From an uncultured Candidatus Rokubacteria bacterium (GTDB taxonomy: Bacteria; Methylomirabilota; Methylomirabilia; Rokubacteriales; CSP1-6), in NCBI GenBank assembly GCA_963841755.1, contig CAWJDX010000009.1, positions 10,880 to 74,879 of the forward strand: a stretch of DNA of 64,000 bases. The letters run 5' to 3'. The notes below the pieces were generated by a model. It was not told where the DNA came from. It searched no databases and saw only the letters and a program-made list of their open reading frames with translations. Below are positions 38,112 to 47,480 of this stretch, piece after piece. Each line of letters begins with the position of its first letter. Position 1 is the stretch's first letter. The position numbers and the translations under genes are program-made.

Positions 38112-38972
38112 CTAGCCGGCCGCGAGCGCGCGGGTGCGGCGCCCGAGCGCGTTCAGGGTGGTCACCACCGCCAGCACCGAGACCAGGAGCACCATCGAGA
38201 GGGTCGCCGCGAACGGCCAGTTGAAGAGCGTGGTCGCCTGCTGCCAGATGTAGAAGGGCATCAGCACCATGCGCCCGCCGCCGATGATGGTCTGCGAGAC
38301 GAAGGCGGTGACCGAGCTGGCGAACACGAGCAGGCAGCCCGCGACCAGCCCGGGCAGGCTGAGCGGCAGGGTCACCCGGAAGAGGGTGCGCCAGCGGCCC
38401 GCTCCGAGCGCGGCCGAGGCGTCCTTCAGGTTCGGGTCGAGGCGCGACATCACGCTGATCAGCGGCAGCAGCATGAGCGGCATCTCGATCTGGGAGAGCG
38501 CGATCACCAGGCCGAGCTCGGTGCCGAGGAGCCGGATCGGGGTCGTCACGACCCCGAGGCTCATGAGGACGTTGTTGAGGAGGCCCTCTCGGCCCAGGAG
38601 GACGATCCACGCGAAGGTGCGCACCACCACGCTGGTCAGCAGTGGCAGCACGATGATGAAGAGGAGCACGGGCTGCAGGCGCCGGGGGGCCTCCATGAAC
38701 AGGAGGCCGAGCGGCACCCCGATGCACGCGGTGACCACCACCGTCTTCACCCCGAGCAGCAGGGTCTGGCCGAGCACGCTCCAGTTGAAGGCGTCGCCCG
38801 CGAACTTGGCGTACTGCTGCGGGCCCCAGCCCGCGAACTGGGGCGTGACCCGCAGGCTGATGCCCGCGAGCAGCCCCAGGGGGGCGAGGAAGAAGAGCAG
38901 GAAGAACAGCGCGAGGGGCACGGTGAGGAGCCCCTCGCGCTCCCGCGGCGCGGCGGCGCGACGCTCGGCTAT
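38112..38972 (-). CDS. ABC permease (PotB-like); start uncertain (ATA 38972 or GTG 38921)
   Basis: LPLLTSVVVRTFAW, DASAALGAGRWRTLFRVTLPLSLPG. Confidence 0.85.
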   Translation of the reverse strand: MAERRAAAPREREGLLTVPLALFFLLFFLAPLGLLAGISLRVTPQFAGWGPQQYAKFAGDAFNWSVLGQTLLLGVKTVVVTACIGVPLGLLFMEAPRRLQPVLLFIIVLPLLTSVVVRTFAWIVLLGREGLLNNVLMSLGVVTTPIRLLGTELGLVIALSQIEMPLMLLPLISVMSRLDPNLKDASAALGAGRWRTLFRVTLPLSLPGLVAGCLLVFASSVTAFVSQTIIGGGRMVLMPFYIWQQATTLFNWPFAATLSMVLLVSVLAVVTTLNALGRRTRALAAG

Positions 38973-40012
38973 TGCCGGATCTCCTTGTTGAACCGCTCGA
39001 TCCACGCAGCGCGGTTCGGGTTGATCTTGGTCCAGTCGTGGTGGATGAAGCTCGCCAGCTCCGCGTGCGACTTCACGATGTCGACCGGCATGTCCGGCTG
39101 GAGCGGCACGTTCTTGTTCACCGACAGGAGGCTGTAGGGCGGCTTCTGGAGGGCGGCCTGCACCTCGGTGCTGAGCACGGTGTCGATGAACTTGTAGGCG
39201 TTGTCCTTGTTGGCCGCGTTCTTCACCACGTGCAGCGTGGTGTAGAAGGCGATCGGGCCGCTGTCCGGCTTCACGAACTCGATGTCCACCCCTCGACCCT
39301 TGAGCGTCGAGACCGTTTGATAGTTGGTGTAGGTCACGTCCATCTGCCCCTGCTGGAAGAGGGTGTTGACTGCCACCGGGTTCTGGGCGATCACCGCCAC
39401 GTTGGGCAGCCACTTCTTGAGCTGCTCGAAAGCGGGGTCCACGTTGGTGAGCGAGCCGCCGTACTGCTTGGAGATCTCGATCAGGGACGAGGTGCCGAAG
39501 GTGGTGCCGAACCCCGAGATGCCGACCTTGCCGTTGTACTTGGGATCGAACAGGTCCTTCCAGCCCTTGGGCCGCTCGACCTTCTTCGGGTTGTAGGCGA
39601 TGCCCACGATCTGCGCGGCCACCGCCACGCCCCAGTCGTCGTAGAAGGTCTTCTGGAGGTTCGCGATGTTCTTGCAGCGCGCGGGGTCGAACTTGTCCAC
39701 GAGGCCGTCCTCGACTGCGACCACCGCCGGCCCCGGATCGAGCATGAAGATGTCGAGCGGCGGAGTCGCGCGCGATGCCTTCACCTTCGCGACCTGATCG
39801 AGCGCCAGCAGCGGGGTGATCACGGTATCCACGTCCGCGGTTTTCTTCACCGCGGGCAGCACCACCGCGCGGTACGCCTCCTCCCACGGGCCCGGATAGG
39901 CCGGCGTGACGACGCGGCCGGCCGCGAGGGCGTGGCGCGGCAAGAGCATGGTGGTCGCGAGGACCGCACCGCCGGCCAGGAGCACGCGGCGCGAGAGCAG
40001 GGGAGTGGACAT
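38969..40012 (-). CDS. ABC substrate-binding protein (PotD/PotF-like), Tat-type signal
   Basis: LSRRVLL, GIAYNP, WKDLFDPKY and AYKFID..LS. Confidence 0.88.
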   Translation of the reverse strand: MSTPLLSRRVLLAGGAVLATTMLLPRHALAAGRVVTPAYPGPWEEAYRAVVLPAVKKTADVDTVITPLLALDQVAKVKASRATPPLDIFMLDPGPAVVAVEDGLVDKFDPARCKNIANLQKTFYDDWGVAVAAQIVGIAYNPKKVERPKGWKDLFDPKYNGKVGISGFGTTFGTSSLIEISKQYGGSLTNVDPAFEQLKKWLPNVAVIAQNPVAVNTLFQQGQMDVTYTNYQTVSTLKGRGVDIEFVKPDSGPIAFYTTLHVVKNAANKDNAYKFIDTVLSTEVQAALQKPPYSLLSVNKNVPLQPDMPVDIVKSHAELASFIHHDWTKINPNRAAWIERFNKEIRQ

Positions 40013-40023
40013 GGGGAGCCTCC

Positions 40024-41169
40024 TCAGGGGCGCGCCGGCTCCGATGCCGGCGCAGGGAATAGGGACACGGCCGAGGCCGTGACGATGCCGCAGTAGAGCG
40101 TGCCGCCCGCCTCGCCTGGAGGAGCCAGGCTCTCGCGGGGCTCGGTGACCTTGAGCGACTCTCCGGCGGCCGTGCCGACCTCGCTCACGGTCTGGGCGCC
40201 CACCGGCATGCGGATGCGCAGCTCGACCGGCCAGCGGCCGGGAGCGGGGGCCGGATACAGGCGCAGGTTCTCCGGCCGAGCGGAGACCACCACGCGCTTG
40301 GCCTCGGGGCCGCCGGGCAGGTCGCCCGCGCGTATTTCCCCCGCGGTTAGTTCAACCATCGCGCCCGCCTCGAGCGCGACGGTGCAGGCGGCGCCGCGGC
40401 GCTCCACGATCTCGCCCGCGAGGAGGTTGGCGGTGCCCACGAAGCTGTTCACGAAGAGCGTGCGCGGCCGGTCGTAGACCTCGACCGGGCTCGCGAACTG
40501 CTCGACGCGCCCGCGGTGCATCACCGCGATGCGATCGGCCAGGCTCATCGCCTCCTCCTGGTCGTGGGTGACCAGGATCGCGGTGATGCCGAACTGCCGC
40601 TGCAGGCGCTTGACCTCGATCTGCATGTCGAGGCGCAGGTTCTTGTCGAGCGCGCCGAAGGGCTCGTCGAGGAGCAGGATGCGCGGCTCCACCGCGAGCG
40701 CGCGCGCGAGCGCCACCCGCTGCTGCTGGCCGCCGGAGAGCTGGCGCGGCATGCGGTCGGAGAGCGCCTCGAGCTGGACGGTGGCCAGCATGCGCGCCAC
40801 CCGCTCGCGCACGACCTCGCGCGGGGCGTGGCGCGCGCGGAGGCCGTAGGCCACGTTCTCGTAGACGGTCATGTGCGGGAACAGCGCGTAGTTCTGGAAC
40901 ACCACCCCGATGTCGCGCCGGCTCGCGGGCAGGTGATCGATCGAGCGGCCGTCCACCCGCACCGAGCCCGCGGTGGGCACGATGAAGCCCCCGATGACCC
41001 GCAGGAGCGTGGTCTTGCCGCAGCCGCTCGGACCGAGGAGCGCGATCAGCTCGCCCGCCTCGATGGTGAGGGAGACGTCGTCCGCCGCGGTGGTGGCGCC
41101 GAAGCGATGGGTGATGGATTCGAGCTGGACGCTGTGGCCGGTCCGGGGAGCCGCCGTCGTCGACATCAA
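40024..41169 (-). CDS. ABC ATPase (PotA-like) with TOBE domain
   Basis: GPSGCGKT, LSGGQQQR, LLDEP and VTHDQEEA. Confidence 0.93.
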   Translation of the reverse strand: MMSTTAAPRTGHSVQLESITHRFGATTAADDVSLTIEAGELIALLGPSGCGKTTLLRVIGGFIVPTAGSVRVDGRSIDHLPASRRDIGVVFQNYALFPHMTVYENVAYGLRARHAPREVVRERVARMLATVQLEALSDRMPRQLSGGQQQRVALARALAVEPRILLLDEPFGALDKNLRLDMQIEVKRLQRQFGITAILVTHDQEEAMSLADRIAVMHRGRVEQFASPVEVYDRPRTLFVNSFVGTANLLAGEIVERRGAACTVALEAGAMVELTAGEIRAGDLPGGPEAKRVVVSARPENLRLYPAPAPGRWPVELRIRMPVGAQTVSEVGTAAGESLKVTEPRESLAPPGEAGGTLYCGIVTASAVSLFPAPASEPARP

Positions 41170-41336
41170 GCGTGCCGGCGGAGGGCGTGCTTATGGATTG
41201 TGCGACCGGGCCGGATGGGTATCTCCACGTAGCTGGCCTCGCCGATGGTGGCGCATCCTACCACACGCCGCGCGCGCGGGTTATCCTGCCTGCGCACGCG
41301 GGTTGTCGACGCCCCGATCTCGAGGAGGAGGGGTCC

Positions 41337-42374
41337 ATGCGCTACCGTCCGTTCGGTCGGACCGGGCTGCAGGTGTCGGTGGTGGGCTTCGGCTGCTGGC
41401 CGATGGCGGGCGACCGCTACGGGGCCATCGAGGACGGCGAGGCGATCCGGGCGATCCACCGCGCGCTCGACCGGGGCGTGAACTGCGTCGACACCGCGCC
41501 GGCCTACGGGGCGGGCCACTCGGAGGAAGTGGTCGCCCGCGCGCTCGAGACCCGGCGAAAGGACGTGATCCTGGTCACCAAGTGCGGGGTGAAGGTGCCC
41601 CCGCCGGGCCAGCCCGGGCCGCTGCGGGACGCGAGCCGGGCCAACATCCTGCTCGAGGTCGACGCGAGCCTGAAGCGCCTGCGCACCGACTGGGTGGACG
41701 TGCTGCTCGTGCACTGGCCCGACGCGTCCACCCCGTTCGAGGACACGATGCGCGCCCTCGACGAGGTGGTGGCCTCCGGCCGCGCGCGCTTCGTCGGCGT
41801 CTCCAACTTCACCGGCGCCATGCTGGCCGAGTGCCTGCGCACCCGGCGGGTCGACGTCTCGCAGGTGGGCTACCACATGCTCGACCGCCGTCAGGAGCAG
41901 GAGACCTTCCCGCTCTGCCTGCGCGAGGGCATCGGGGTGATGGGCTACGGCTCGCTCGGCCACGGGCTCCTGACCGGGGCCTTCACCTCCGCCACCACGT
42001 TCGAGGCGGGGCGCGACTGGCGCGCGGCCGGGGTCGCCTTCGGGCAGCCGATCTTCCGCGGCGACAACCTCAAGACCAACGTGGGCGTGGTGGAGCGGAT
42101 CCGGCGGGAGATCGCGGAGCCGCGCGGGGTGGCGGTGAGCCAGATCGCGCTCGCGTGGGTGCTCGCCAATCCCGCGATCAGCACCGCGCTGGTGGGCGCG
42201 CGCACCCCCGCCGAGGTGGACGCCAACGACGCGGGGGCCGAGCTCGAGCTGACCGCGGAGGAGCGCGCGAAGATCGACGCGATCCTCGCGGGGGCGGCCG
42301 GCCGCGTGCGGGAGTTCACCCCGCTGCGGCCGGCGATGGAGCCGTGGGGCGAGGAGCTCCCCGCCGGGCGCTAG
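41337..42374 (+). CDS. Aldo/keto reductase
   Basis: DTAPAYG, LVTKCG, DVLLVHWPD and GVSNF. SD gaggagg before ATG 41337. Confidence 0.9.
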   Translation: MRYRPFGRTGLQVSVVGFGCWPMAGDRYGAIEDGEAIRAIHRALDRGVNCVDTAPAYGAGHSEEVVARALETRRKDVILVTKCGVKVPPPGQPGPLRDASRANILLEVDASLKRLRTDWVDVLLVHWPDASTPFEDTMRALDEVVASGRARFVGVSNFTGAMLAECLRTRRVDVSQVGYHMLDRRQEQETFPLCLREGIGVMGYGSLGHGLLTGAFTSATTFEAGRDWRAAGVAFGQPIFRGDNLKTNVGVVERIRREIAEPRGVAVSQIALAWVLANPAISTALVGARTPAEVDANDAGAELELTAEERAKIDAILAGAAGRVREFTPLRPAMEPWGEELPAGR

Positions 42375-42377
42375 CCG

Positions 42378-43922
42378 CTAGCGCAGCGACATGTCGTAGG
42401 CGCGGATCAGCTCGTCGCTGCGGGCCTTCCAGTTGAGCCGCTTGTTGGCCCCGTAGAGATCGATCTGCTGGTAGAGCGGGATCGCGGGGACCTCCTCGAT
42501 CCAGAGCTTGTTGATCTTCTGGTACTCCGCGTAGCGCTTCTTCTCGTCCATCTGCGACTGCGCCTGCTCCACCATCCCGTTGAAGTCCTCGTTCTGCCAG
42601 TTCACGAAGATCCCGGGCGACTTGAAGAGCGGCACGTAGATCGCCTCCGCGTCCATCGTCGGATGGCCCCAGCCGATGAGCCACACCGGGCCCGCCTTGT
42701 GCACGTAGACCATGTTGTTCAGGTAGTTCACGAACTCGTAGGTCCGCAGCGTGGTCTTGATCCCGGCCTTGTTGAGCTGGCCGGTGACCGCCTCCCCGAC
42801 CTCCTTGTCGCGGACGTAGCGGCCCTGCGGGCCGTTCAGCACGATCTCGACCCCGTTGGGGAAGCCGGCCTCCGCGAGGAGCTTCTTGCTGCGGGCCAGG
42901 TCCTGCTTGATCGGCTTGAGCGAGGCGTCGTAGCCGAAGTGCAGGCTCGGCAGCATGGTGGCCACCCGCACCGCCTTGCCGTCCATCACGCCCTTGATGA
43001 TCTCGTCCGCGTCGATCGCGTAGGCGAGCGCCTGGCGCACGCGCTTGTCCGCGGTCGGTCCCGCGTAGGGGCCGGTGGGCTTGTGGTTGGCGTCCATCTG
43101 GTGGGTGTAGATCATGAGCTGGATCGTCCGGATGGACGGCGCGGTGCTGAGGTAGATCTTGGGGTGCTTCTCGATGATGCCGGCCAGGTGGGGCGGGATG
43201 TTCACCGCCACGTCGATCTCGCCGTTCTGGAGCGCGGCCACCCGCACCGCGTCGTCGGGGATCGGCTTGAACACGATGGTCTTGATCTTGGCCGCCCCGG
43301 CCCAGTAGCCCGGGAAGGCCTCCATCACGATCTCCTCGTCCTTCGACCAGCGGACGAACTTGTAGGGCCCGGTGCCGATCGGGTTCCGGGAGATCGCGGC
43401 CGGGTCCTTGCCCGCGTACTCCTTGGGCGGGTACATCGCGGCCTGGCGCAGGGCCAGGTGGACCACGAAGACCGGCCACGGCTTCTTGGTGTGGACCTTC
43501 ACCGTGAACGGATCGACGATCTCCACCCGGTCGATCGGCGCGAAGGACGTCGAGCCGCGCAGCTTGTTGGCCGGATTGGCCAGCCGCTCGAGGCTGAACT
43601 TCACCGACTCCGCGTTGAAGTCCTCGCCGTTGTGGAACTTGACCCCGCGGCGCAGCTTGATCTCCCAGATCGTCGGCGCCACCAGCTTCGGCATCTCGAC
43701 GGCCAGGGCGGGCACGATCTTCAGATCCGGACCGCGCTCGACCAGCGACTCGAAGATCTGCGCGCCCACGTTGGAGGCGGGCTGCTCCTGCTGGTGCATC
43801 ATGTCGAGCGTGGTCGGATCCACGCCCTGCGCGATCACGACCCGGCCCTCGGGCGCCGCTTCCGCCGCCACCGGGCCCAGCGCGACGCCCATCAGCACCA
43901 CCGCGATCCGCCAGTTCCTCAT
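42378..43922 (-). CDS. Orphan family-5 ABC substrate-binding protein
   Basis: LRRGVKFHNGEDF, PIGTGPYKF and RVRQALAYAID. SD ggaggt before ATG 43922. Confidence 0.9.
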   Translation of the reverse strand: MRNWRIAVVLMGVALGPVAAEAAPEGRVVIAQGVDPTTLDMMHQQEQPASNVGAQIFESLVERGPDLKIVPALAVEMPKLVAPTIWEIKLRRGVKFHNGEDFNAESVKFSLERLANPANKLRGSTSFAPIDRVEIVDPFTVKVHTKKPWPVFVVHLALRQAAMYPPKEYAGKDPAAISRNPIGTGPYKFVRWSKDEEIVMEAFPGYWAGAAKIKTIVFKPIPDDAVRVAALQNGEIDVAVNIPPHLAGIIEKHPKIYLSTAPSIRTIQLMIYTHQMDANHKPTGPYAGPTADKRVRQALAYAIDADEIIKGVMDGKAVRVATMLPSLHFGYDASLKPIKQDLARSKKLLAEAGFPNGVEIVLNGPQGRYVRDKEVGEAVTGQLNKAGIKTTLRTYEFVNYLNNMVYVHKAGPVWLIGWGHPTMDAEAIYVPLFKSPGIFVNWQNEDFNGMVEQAQSQMDEKKRYAEYQKINKLWIEEVPAIPLYQQIDLYGANKRLNWKARSDELIRAYDMSLR

Positions 43923-43938
43923 GCGCGCCACCTCCATT

Positions 43939-43964
43939 GGGGTCAGGTCTTACATTACGACATT
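43939..43964 (+). repeat. REP/MITE-like family B copy
   Basis: ggggtcaggtcttacattacgacatt has one mismatch to 35794-35819. It abuts the SD of the minus-strand SBP gene. Confidence 0.85.
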
Positions 43965-43988
43965 CGGAATATTGCTGGACTGGCGGTC

Positions 43989-44747
43989 CTACTGGGCCAG
44001 CGCGCCGCCGTCGATGACCAGCTCGCTGCCGGTCATGTAGGAGGAGTCGTCGGAGGCGAGGTAGAGCACCGCGCTCACGATCTCGGGGACGGTGCCCATC
44101 CGGCGCAGGGGCACGCGCTGGAGGCGCTTCTCCATGGCGTCGCGGTCGCGGAAGGCGCTGTGGAACATCTCGGTGTCGACCGGGCCCGGGTGGACCGAGT
44201 TGCAGCGGATCTTGTCCTTGGCGTGCTGGGACGCGGTCACCTTGGTGAAGATCCGGATCGCGCCCTTGCTCGCCGCGTAGGCCGGCTCCTGGTGCAGCGA
44301 CTGGCCGATGCCGGCCACCGAGGAGATGTTGACGATCGAGCCGCCGCCCGAGCGGCGCATGGCCGGGATCGCGTACTTGGTGCCGAGGAAGACGCCCTTG
44401 GCGTTCACCGCCATCACCTGGTCCCACTCCGCGACGGTGCGCTCCTCGATCGGCACCTTGGGGATCACGATGGCCGCGTTGTTGACCAGGACGTCGAGCC
44501 GGCCGTGGCTATCGAGCGCGGTCTGCACCGCGGCCCGCCAGTCCGCCTCGCTGGTCACGTCCAGGTGGAGGTAGATGGCGTCGCCGCCCCCCGCCCGGAT
44601 GCCCGCCTCGACCTTCTTCCCCTCGTCGTCCCGGATGTCGCCGAAGACGACCTTGGCGCCCTCGCGCGCGAAGGTCTCCGCCTCCGCCGCGCCCTGCCCC
44701 CGGGCCCCGCCGCTGATCAGCGCGACCTTCCCGTCCAGTTTGCCCAT
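43989..44747 (-). CDS. Classical SDR (3alpha,20beta-HSD / cyclopentanol dehydrogenase-like)
   Basis: SGGARGQG, VNNA, YAASK and NSVHPG. Confidence 0.92.
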   Translation of the reverse strand: MGKLDGKVALISGGARGQGAAEAETFAREGAKVVFGDIRDDEGKKVEAGIRAGGGDAIYLHLDVTSEADWRAAVQTALDSHGRLDVLVNNAAIVIPKVPIEERTVAEWDQVMAVNAKGVFLGTKYAIPAMRRSGGGSIVNISSVAGIGQSLHQEPAYAASKGAIRIFTKVTASQHAKDKIRCNSVHPGPVDTEMFHSAFRDRDAMEKRLQRVPLRRMGTVPEIVSAVLYLASDDSSYMTGSELVIDGGALAQ

Positions 44748-44848
44748 AGTGTTCTCCCTGGCCAGCCGCCCTCGCCCATCGGAATTGCCGACGCGTCCCG
44801 GTGCTTCCGCAAATAGTAGTCCGATCGGGTTGGAGGAGTGGCAGAAAT

Positions 44849-45961
44849 GTGGTTGACTTTCACCCCGTGGGGCCTCGCTCGACGTGGTGGCGGATCTTCG
44901 AGCGGCCGAGCCTCGGCGGGGTGCTCGCCGGGGTGGCCGTCTGGGTGGTGGTGGTGTCCGCCCTGCACGTCGTCGTCAATCACCGCGGCGCGCTCACTCC
45001 CGGCGCGGAGGCCCGCACCCTGGAGGTGGGCGGCCTGCCGGTCACGTGAAACCTCACGCTGCCGATCGCCAGTCTGGCGATGTCGCGGGACGCGGAGGGC
45101 CGGTCGGTGGTCGACGTGACCCTCGCCGACTCCCCGGCCGAGTACAGCAAGTACAGCGGGTGGCCCGAGCTGAAGGAGTCGTTCATGGCCGGCAAGGTCA
45201 AGGCGGCCTACCTGCTCGCGCCGATGGTGATGGATCTCGTGGAGAGCGGGGTGGACGCCAAGATCGTGTCGCTCGGTCATCGCTCGGGCGCGGTCATCAT
45301 GGTGCGGAAGGACTCGCCCGCGAAGAGCTTCCGCGACCTGCGCGGCCGGCGCATCGCGATCCCGAGCCGGTTCGCGGTCGACCACCTCTTCGTGCGCCGC
45401 ATGCTCAAGGAGAGCGGCATGACCGTCCGCGACGTGGAGCTGGTGGAGATGGCGCCGCCCGAGATGCCGGCCGCCCTCTACGCGGACCAGGTCGACGCCT
45501 ACGCGACCGGTGAGCCGTTCGGGGCGGTGGCGGAGGTGGCGGGCTACGCGCGCCCCCTCTACATGACGCGCGACAAGTGGCCGGACTACGTCTGCTGCGT
45601 GCTCACGGTGCGCCAGGAGCTGATCGACCGCGACCGGCGGCAGGTGCAGCAGATCGTCAACCACGTGCTGTCCGCCGGCGCGTGGCTCGAGACCGCGCAG
45701 GCCAACCGCGACCGGGCCGCCGACATCGCGGCCGGCCCCACCCTGTTCAACCAGCGCGCCGACATCATCAAGCACGTGCTCACCAATCCCCGCGACCGGG
45801 TGACCTACGCGGACCTGCGGCTCATCAAGTCCGAGATGGACGAGCTGATGGAGGCCGCGCTCGAGGCCGGCATCATCCGCCAGCGCATCCCCTACGAGCG
45901 GTACGTGGACGAGAGCTTCCAGCGCGCCGCGCGCCCGGTGGACATCCGTGTGGAGCGGTAG
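44849..45961 (+). CDS. NrtA/CmpA/SsuA-type ABC substrate-binding selenoprotein (in-frame TGA 45047-45049)
   Basis: ORFs 44801-45049 and 45080-45961 share a frame and are separated only by TGA plus 10 sense codons. The joined read is TM anchor, LEVGGLPVT-U-NLTLP, SGWPEL, YLLAPM, GEPF, WPDYVCCVL. Start is GTG 44849 or 44867. Confidence 0.82.
45065..45081 (+). promoter_or_regulatory. Putative bacterial SECIS element
   Basis: AUCGCCA-[GUC]-UGGCGAU perfect 7-bp stem. The loop starts 23 nt after the UGA and includes a rare AGT codon. Confidence 0.68.
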
Positions 45962-46709
45962 GCTCGCCTGGCTGCCCCTGCTGGGCCCGGTGGCCCTGCT
46001 GGTCGCGGTCTGGCACGTGGCGGTCGCGCTGAGCGGCAGCCTGATCTTCCCGACGCCCTGGCAGGTGGCGGTGGGCCTCGGGGACCTCGCCTGGCGCGGG
46101 CTCCTGCTCAAGCACGTGATCGCGTCGCTCTTCCGCGTCACGTGCGGCTACCTGCTGGCCGCCGCGCTCGCCATTCCGATCGGCATGCTGATGGGCTGGT
46201 TCGCCACCGCGCACGCCTTCCTGAACCCGCTCGTGCAGGGGCTCCGCCCGATCTCGCCGATCGCCTGGATCCCGCTCGCGATCCTCTGGTTCGGGGTGGG
46301 GGACCTCTCGCCGATCTTCCTGATCTTCCTCTCGTCGTTCTTTCCCATGGTGGTGGGGACCGCGGCGGGGGTGATGACGATCGACCGCAAGTACCTCCGG
46401 GCCGCCCGCAACTTCGAGTACCGCGGCTTCCGGCTCTTCCGCTCGGTGATCCTGCCCGCCGCGCTGCCCCAGATCGTGACCGGCATGCGCATCGGGCTCG
46501 GGGTCGCCTGGCTCGTGGTGGTGGCGGCGGAGATGATCGCGGTGAGCTCCGGCCTCGGCTACCTGATCATCGACTCGCGCAACGCGGGCAACCGCTACGA
46601 CCTCGTGGTGGCCGGCATGCTCACGATCGGGGTCGTCGGGTTCGTGCTCGACACCCTCATGCGCGGGCTCGAGCGCCTCGACGAGGTGCGCTGGCGCTAT
46701 GAGGCCTGA
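45948..46709 (+). CDS. ABC permease (NitT/TauT/SsuC type)
   Basis: SLFRV..GY, RPISPIAWIP and LPQIVTGMRIG..WLVVVAAEM. Overlaps the SBP stop. Confidence 0.92.
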   Translation: MWSGRLAWLPLLGPVALLVAVWHVAVALSGSLIFPTPWQVAVGLGDLAWRGLLLKHVIASLFRVTCGYLLAAALAIPIGMLMGWFATAHAFLNPLVQGLRPISPIAWIPLAILWFGVGDLSPIFLIFLSSFFPMVVGTAAGVMTIDRKYLRAARNFEYRGFRLFRSVILPAALPQIVTGMRIGLGVAWLVVVAAEMIAVSSGLGYLIIDSRNAGNRYDLVVAGMLTIGVVGFVLDTLMRGLERLDEVRWRYEA

Positions 46710-46715
46710 GATCCC

Positions 46716-47480
46716 GTGAGGCCCAAGATCGAGATCCGGTCGATCTCCAAGACGTTCGTGACGCGCGGGGGGCCGGTGCCGGTGCTGGACGACCTGAGCT
46801 TCGAGGTGGCCGACGGCGAGTTCGTCGCGATCATCGGCCCGTCGGGCTGCGGGAAGTCGACGCTCCTCGGCGTGCTCGCCGGCTTCGAGCGCCCGGACCG
46901 GGGCGAGGTCCGCGTCGACGGCGAGCCGGTGCGGGAGCCCGGGCGCAAGGGCATGTTCATCTTCCAGCAGCCGTCGCTCTTCCCCTGGCTCGACCTGGAG
47001 CGCAACCTCGTCTTCGGCCTGAACGGCGAGTCCGCCGAGACGCGGCGCAGCCTGGTCGCGCACTACATCGCGCTGGTCGGCCTCGAGGGGTTCGAGCGCG
47101 CCTTTCCCAACCAGCTCTCCGGCGGGATGCAGCAGCGGGCCGAGCTGGCGCGGGCCCTGATGGTGAAGCCGGAGATCCTCTACCTGGACGAGCCGTTCGG
47201 CGCGCTCGACGCGCTGACCCGGCTGCGCATGCGGGCCGAGCTGCTCCGGATCCTGTCGCGCGAGCGCCACACCGTGCTGCTGGTGACCCACGACGTGGAG
47301 GAGGCGCTGCACCTGGCCGATCGCGTGCTCGTGCTCTCGCCGCGGCCGGCCCGCATCCAGCACGTCGTCGAGGTGACGCTCCCGCGCCCCCGCGCGCTCT
47401 CGAATCCGGAGCTGATCGCGCTCAAGGCGTCGCTCCTGCGCGAGCTGGGCGTGGACGAGCAGGCGGGGGAGCCCTCGTGA
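46716..47480 (+). CDS. ABC ATPase (SsuB/NrtD type)
   Basis: [26 protein letters not shown] and VTHDVEEA. Confidence 0.93.
   Translation: MRPKIEIRSISKTFVTRGGPVPVLDDLSFEVADGEFVAIIGPSGCGKSTLLGVLAGFERPDRGEVRVDGEPVREPGRKGMFIFQQPSLFPWLDLERNLVFGLNGESAETRRSLVAHYIALVGLEGFERAFPNQLSGGMQQRAELARALMVKPEILYLDEPFGALDALTRLRMRAELLRILSRERHTVLLVTHDVEEALHLADRVLVLSPRPARIQHVVEVTLPRPRALSNPELIALKASLLRELGVDEQAGEPS

Noticed and set aside
44770-44830. Imperfect palindromes (tcggaattgccga, ccgatcgg) upstream of the Sec/copper operon as a metal-regulator site
   Set aside because: They are short and GC-rich, with no match I can support to CsoR, CueR or CopY boxes, and no regulator gene is nearby.
44801-45049. Independent 82-aa membrane protein upstream of the SBP
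   Set aside because: It is better explained as the N-terminal anchor and first beta-strand of the SBP read through UGA.
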